Assembly (NCBI GenBank): GCA_018054895.1
Contig: JAGPIQ010000003.1
Span: 662 to 64,661 of the forward strand
DNA length: 64,000 nucleotides
Reading direction: 5' to 3'
Source of the DNA: Lutibacter sp.
Lineage (GTDB): Bacteria; Bacteroidota; Bacteroidia; Flavobacteriales; Flavobacteriaceae
Shown: positions 61,167 through 64,000 of the stretch, piece after piece
Position numbering within the stretch: position 1 is the stretch's first letter
How the letters are laid out: every line of letters begins with the position of its first letter
Notes under the pieces: generated by a model
What the model was told of the DNA's origin: nothing
Seen by the model: only the letters and a program-made list of their open reading frames with translations
The model's database searches: none
Program-made: the position numbers and the translations under genes

Positions 61167-61757
61167 TTATGATTCAGTAGTTTTCTTTTTTCTTTTGTAT
61201 AAAAACAGATTCCATTTTTCCTCCGCAAGTCCTTGTTTGTCCATTTCGGCTCTTGCCATTGTAAAAAACAAATCAGACAATCTATTTATATATGCTGCAA
61301 TATAATCGTGCACACTTTCCGGATCTTCACGCATTAAGGTTACCATTGCACGTTCTCCACGTCTAATTTGTGTACGACAAACGTGACATAATGCTGAAAT
61401 TTCATTTCCACCAGGTAATAAAAAATAATCTGAAGGAGCGCTCATTGCTGCTTCTAATGCATCAATCCATTGTTCACAAAATTCCGCTCCATCTTCTGGT
61501 CTTGGATTCTCATTTTCTTTTCGTGCGTCTGATGGTCGTGCCAAATGCGACATCATATTCATTATATCTTTTTGAATTTTATGTAAATTGGTTTGCCATT
61601 CGTGTTCTTCTCCCAATTTTGCACGTAGCAATCCTATGGTTGAATTTACTTCATCAATAGTTCCAATACATTCAATTCTTGGCGAATCTTTATATTGGCG
61701 GCTACCACCAAAAACACCAGTTTGACCTTTATCTCCTTTTCTTGTGTAAACTTTCAT
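61167..61757 (-). CDS. PduO-type cob(I)alamin adenosyltransferase
   Basis: KVYTRKGDKGQT, GTIDEVNS, F.LPGG, RRGER, YINRLSD.FF. Confidence 0.95.
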   Translation of the reverse strand: MKVYTRKGDKGQTGVFGGSRQYKDSPRIECIGTIDEVNSTIGLLRAKLGEEHEWQTNLHKIQKDIMNMMSHLARPSDARKENENPRPEDGAEFCEQWIDALEAAMSAPSDYFLLPGGNEISALCHVCRTQIRRGERAMVTLMREDPESVHDYIAAYINRLSDLFFTMARAEMDKQGLAEEKWNLFLYKRKKKTTES

Positions 61758-61770
61758 TTTAATTATTTTT

Positions 61771-63090
61771 TTAGTTAGTTATTATTTTTAATAAATTTGT
61801 TAGTAATTTTTCTTGTCCGAAATAATAATGAATATAGGATGCTATTACATTTTTATATTGAAAAATAACGGTGTCGACTTCCATTTCTCGAGCGTTCAAT
61901 ACTTTTGCGATACTTTTTGAATTTTGATTTTTAATAATTGTTGAATAATGAAATTCGTGACCTTTTAATTCAAAATTATCAAACTGAATGGTTCTATAAC
62001 CTAAACTCAATTTCATTGCTTGCATTGATGTTGAAAAATCAAATACGTTTGCCATTTCAAATTCATTTCCGTCTTTATCTATAATCGATTTTCCCAAATA
62101 CATCATTCCGCCACATTCCGCGATAATTTTTCCACCAGCTTCAGCAAAACTTTTAATACTCTGAAGCATTCCTGTATTTTCAGATAATTGTTTGGTGTAA
62201 AATTCAGGATAACCGCCTGGTAAATACACTAAATCTACAGTTGGTAATTTTTTATCTTTTAGCGGACTAAAAAATTCCACAGTTCCCAATTCCTTTAAAC
62301 ATTCAATATTTTGAACATAGCTAAAATTAAAACCTCCATCTTCTGCAACTGCAATGGTTATTTTTTTTGAAGTTGAAATTGAAGTCGATTTCAGGTGTTT
62401 TTTCTCATCAATTAAGCAACAATTCAATAATGAATCAATATCAACTGTTTCTTCCATTGCATTTGCAACGTTTTCAATAACAGCATCATACCCTTGCATT
62501 TCTTCAATAGACAATCCCAAATGCCTTGATGGAATTTCACACGCTGGAAGAAAGGGAACGTGACCTAATGCCGGAATTCCAACATCTTCACAAGCTTCCA
62601 CTAAAAACTGATAATGACTTTTCGTATTAACTCTGTTAAAAATGACACCAGCAATATTCAGGGCTTTGTCGAAATTTTTAAAACCATACAATAATGGCGC
62701 AACAGAATATGCTACAGATTTTGCATCAACCACCAAAATAACAGGTAATTCTAACAATTTTGCAACTTCAGCTGTACTTCCTTCGGATTTTCTAGCACCA
62801 TCAAATAAACCCATAACACCTTCAACACAAATAGCTCCTTTATCCGCTGAATATTTAGCGTACGTATTCAAAATATCTTCAGAAGTTGTCATAAACAAAT
62901 CCAAATTCAATCCGTTTTTTCCGCAGGCGACTTTATGAAACTTTGGGTCAATATAATCGGGCCCTACTTTAAAAGGCTGTGTAACAATACCTCTATTTTC
63001 CAACGCACGAAGCAATCCTAAAGTAATGGTCGTTTTACCGGAATTACTCGTTGGCGCAGCAATAATAAATTGTGGAAGTTGCTTAGTCAT
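61771..63090 (-). CDS. cobB: (Hydrogeno/co)byrinate a,c-diamide synthase
   Basis: SGKTT, FKVGPDYIDP, EGVMGLFDG, SRHLGL, GGYPE, AECGG, GHEFHYS. Confidence 0.96.
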   Translation of the reverse strand: MTKQLPQFIIAAPTSNSGKTTITLGLLRALENRGIVTQPFKVGPDYIDPKFHKVACGKNGLNLDLFMTTSEDILNTYAKYSADKGAICVEGVMGLFDGARKSEGSTAEVAKLLELPVILVVDAKSVAYSVAPLLYGFKNFDKALNIAGVIFNRVNTKSHYQFLVEACEDVGIPALGHVPFLPACEIPSRHLGLSIEEMQGYDAVIENVANAMEETVDIDSLLNCCLIDEKKHLKSTSISTSKKITIAVAEDGGFNFSYVQNIECLKELGTVEFFSPLKDKKLPTVDLVYLPGGYPEFYTKQLSENTGMLQSIKSFAEAGGKIIAECGGMMYLGKSIIDKDGNEFEMANVFDFSTSMQAMKLSLGYRTIQFDNFELKGHEFHYSTIIKNQNSKSIAKVLNAREMEVDTVIFQYKNVIASYIHYYFGQEKLLTNLLKIITN

Positions 63091-64000
63091 TTTGTACCAT
63101 TAAAGATTCGTAATTCGCTTTAATTTTTGCGGAAAACTTCTTTGCTAAATTCAGTTTTACCAAGCCTTTTTCCGCATCTACAACAGTGAATTGTTGTACG
63201 GATTTACAGTATGTTTGACAAGCAATTACAGCCTCGTCAAAAGCATTTTCAGCATCGGTATTAAATTTACCATCCGTAATAATTATGAGTTCGTAATTAA
63301 TGTTTTTTGAATTGTTTGTTAACGCTTTAATCTTTTTAAAAGCAGGAACTATATTTGTTTTTCCACCTGTTTTAATGGCTTTTAATTCCGCCACTAATTC
63401 ATCGCTGTTTTTAGATGCTTCGAGCACTAACTCGGCATCGCCATTGTACAATGAAATTAATGAGTATAGCGGTTTTAAACCTTTTTCAGATACAGCAAAT
63501 TTCTCCACCAAACCTTTGGCATACGCCACTACTTTATCTTTTAACATTGATCCGCTGGAATCCAATACAAATAATAGATGTGTTTGTGTTTTGCTCTGTT
63601 GAAATTTATGTTGAATCTCAAATTTATCGGTTGCCAAATATTGAGAAACCGTTTTTCGATTGTCAATATTTTTCAATGCTGAAGGATTTTCAGTCAACTG
63701 ATTTTGTTGCTGATAATTATGTTCCCCATTTTTTGAACTTCCATTTACACTATTGGAACGCTTTTTTTCATTCGCAGGAATAATAGATTGAAATGTATGT
63801 TCAGGCTGTGATTCACTTGGCGAATTCTCTACTTTTTCTTGTTGTTCTTGCTCTTCTTGTTGTTGATTTTGTTCTTTTAAAAAATCACCATTATTAGAAC
63901 GATGGTTTAAAACAAAAGGCGCAATTTTTTGTAAATGAAATTCTTCAATAGCTTCATCATTTAAATAAGCAGCATAAGCTCTGGCTGTTTTCAATAATAA
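63083..64000 (-). CDS. ChlD/BchD-like chelatase subunit, C-terminal part (AAA lid, Q/E-rich linker, VWA); 5' truncated by window
   Basis: KTARAYAA...VL.HR lid motif, acidic/Gln linker, FVLDSSGSM MIDAS, GGKT, ITDG. Confidence 0.85.
   Translation of the reverse strand, partial: LLLKTARAYAAYLNDEAIEEFHLQKIAPFVLNHRSNNGDFLKEQNQQQEEQEQQEKVENSPSESQPEHTFQSIIPANEKKRSNSVNGSSKNGEHNYQQQNQLTENPSALKNIDNRKTVSQYLATDKFEIQHKFQQSKTQTHLLFVLDSSGSMLKDKVVAYAKGLVEKFAVSEKGLKPLYSLISLYNGDAELVLEASKNSDELVAELKAIKTGGKTNIVPAFKKIKALTNNSKNINYELIIITDGKFNTDAENAFDEAVIACQTYCKSVQQFTVVDAEKGLVKLNLAKKFSAKIKANYESLMVQND

Overview
AT-rich chromosomal window from a marine-type Flavobacteriaceae (Bacteroidota; Lutibacter-like by gene content: gldD/gldE, TAnnTTTG promoters, GIHH-type IleRS). 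A conserved backbone (lemA-merR-M23-alaS-GSCFA; gldD-gldE-ssb-mutY-HU-bS22-rne/rng; patatin-uvrC; lspA-dksA-ileS) is interspersed with accessory blocks. (i) katG, followed by a group II intron domain-VI scar and a TM2/DUF2752/DUF4870 membrane operon with a candidate pseudoknot leader. (ii) A stand-alone ilvD resembling Campylobacterota enzymes. (iii) A secreted beta-propeller plus a TPR histidine kinase/NarL pair, with a shared palindrome at identical promoter spacing. (iv) A 10-gene arsenic/organoarsenical island with three matching ArsR operators. (v) The end of a cobalamin cluster (chlD-like, cobB, PduO-type ATR, cobW, cobN, cbiMNQO). Two small genes missing from the ORF track were found: bS22 and a 36-aa membrane protein. 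No rRNA, tRNA, CRISPR array, transposase or integrase was seen. All family assignments come from motif recognition by eye, not from database searches.
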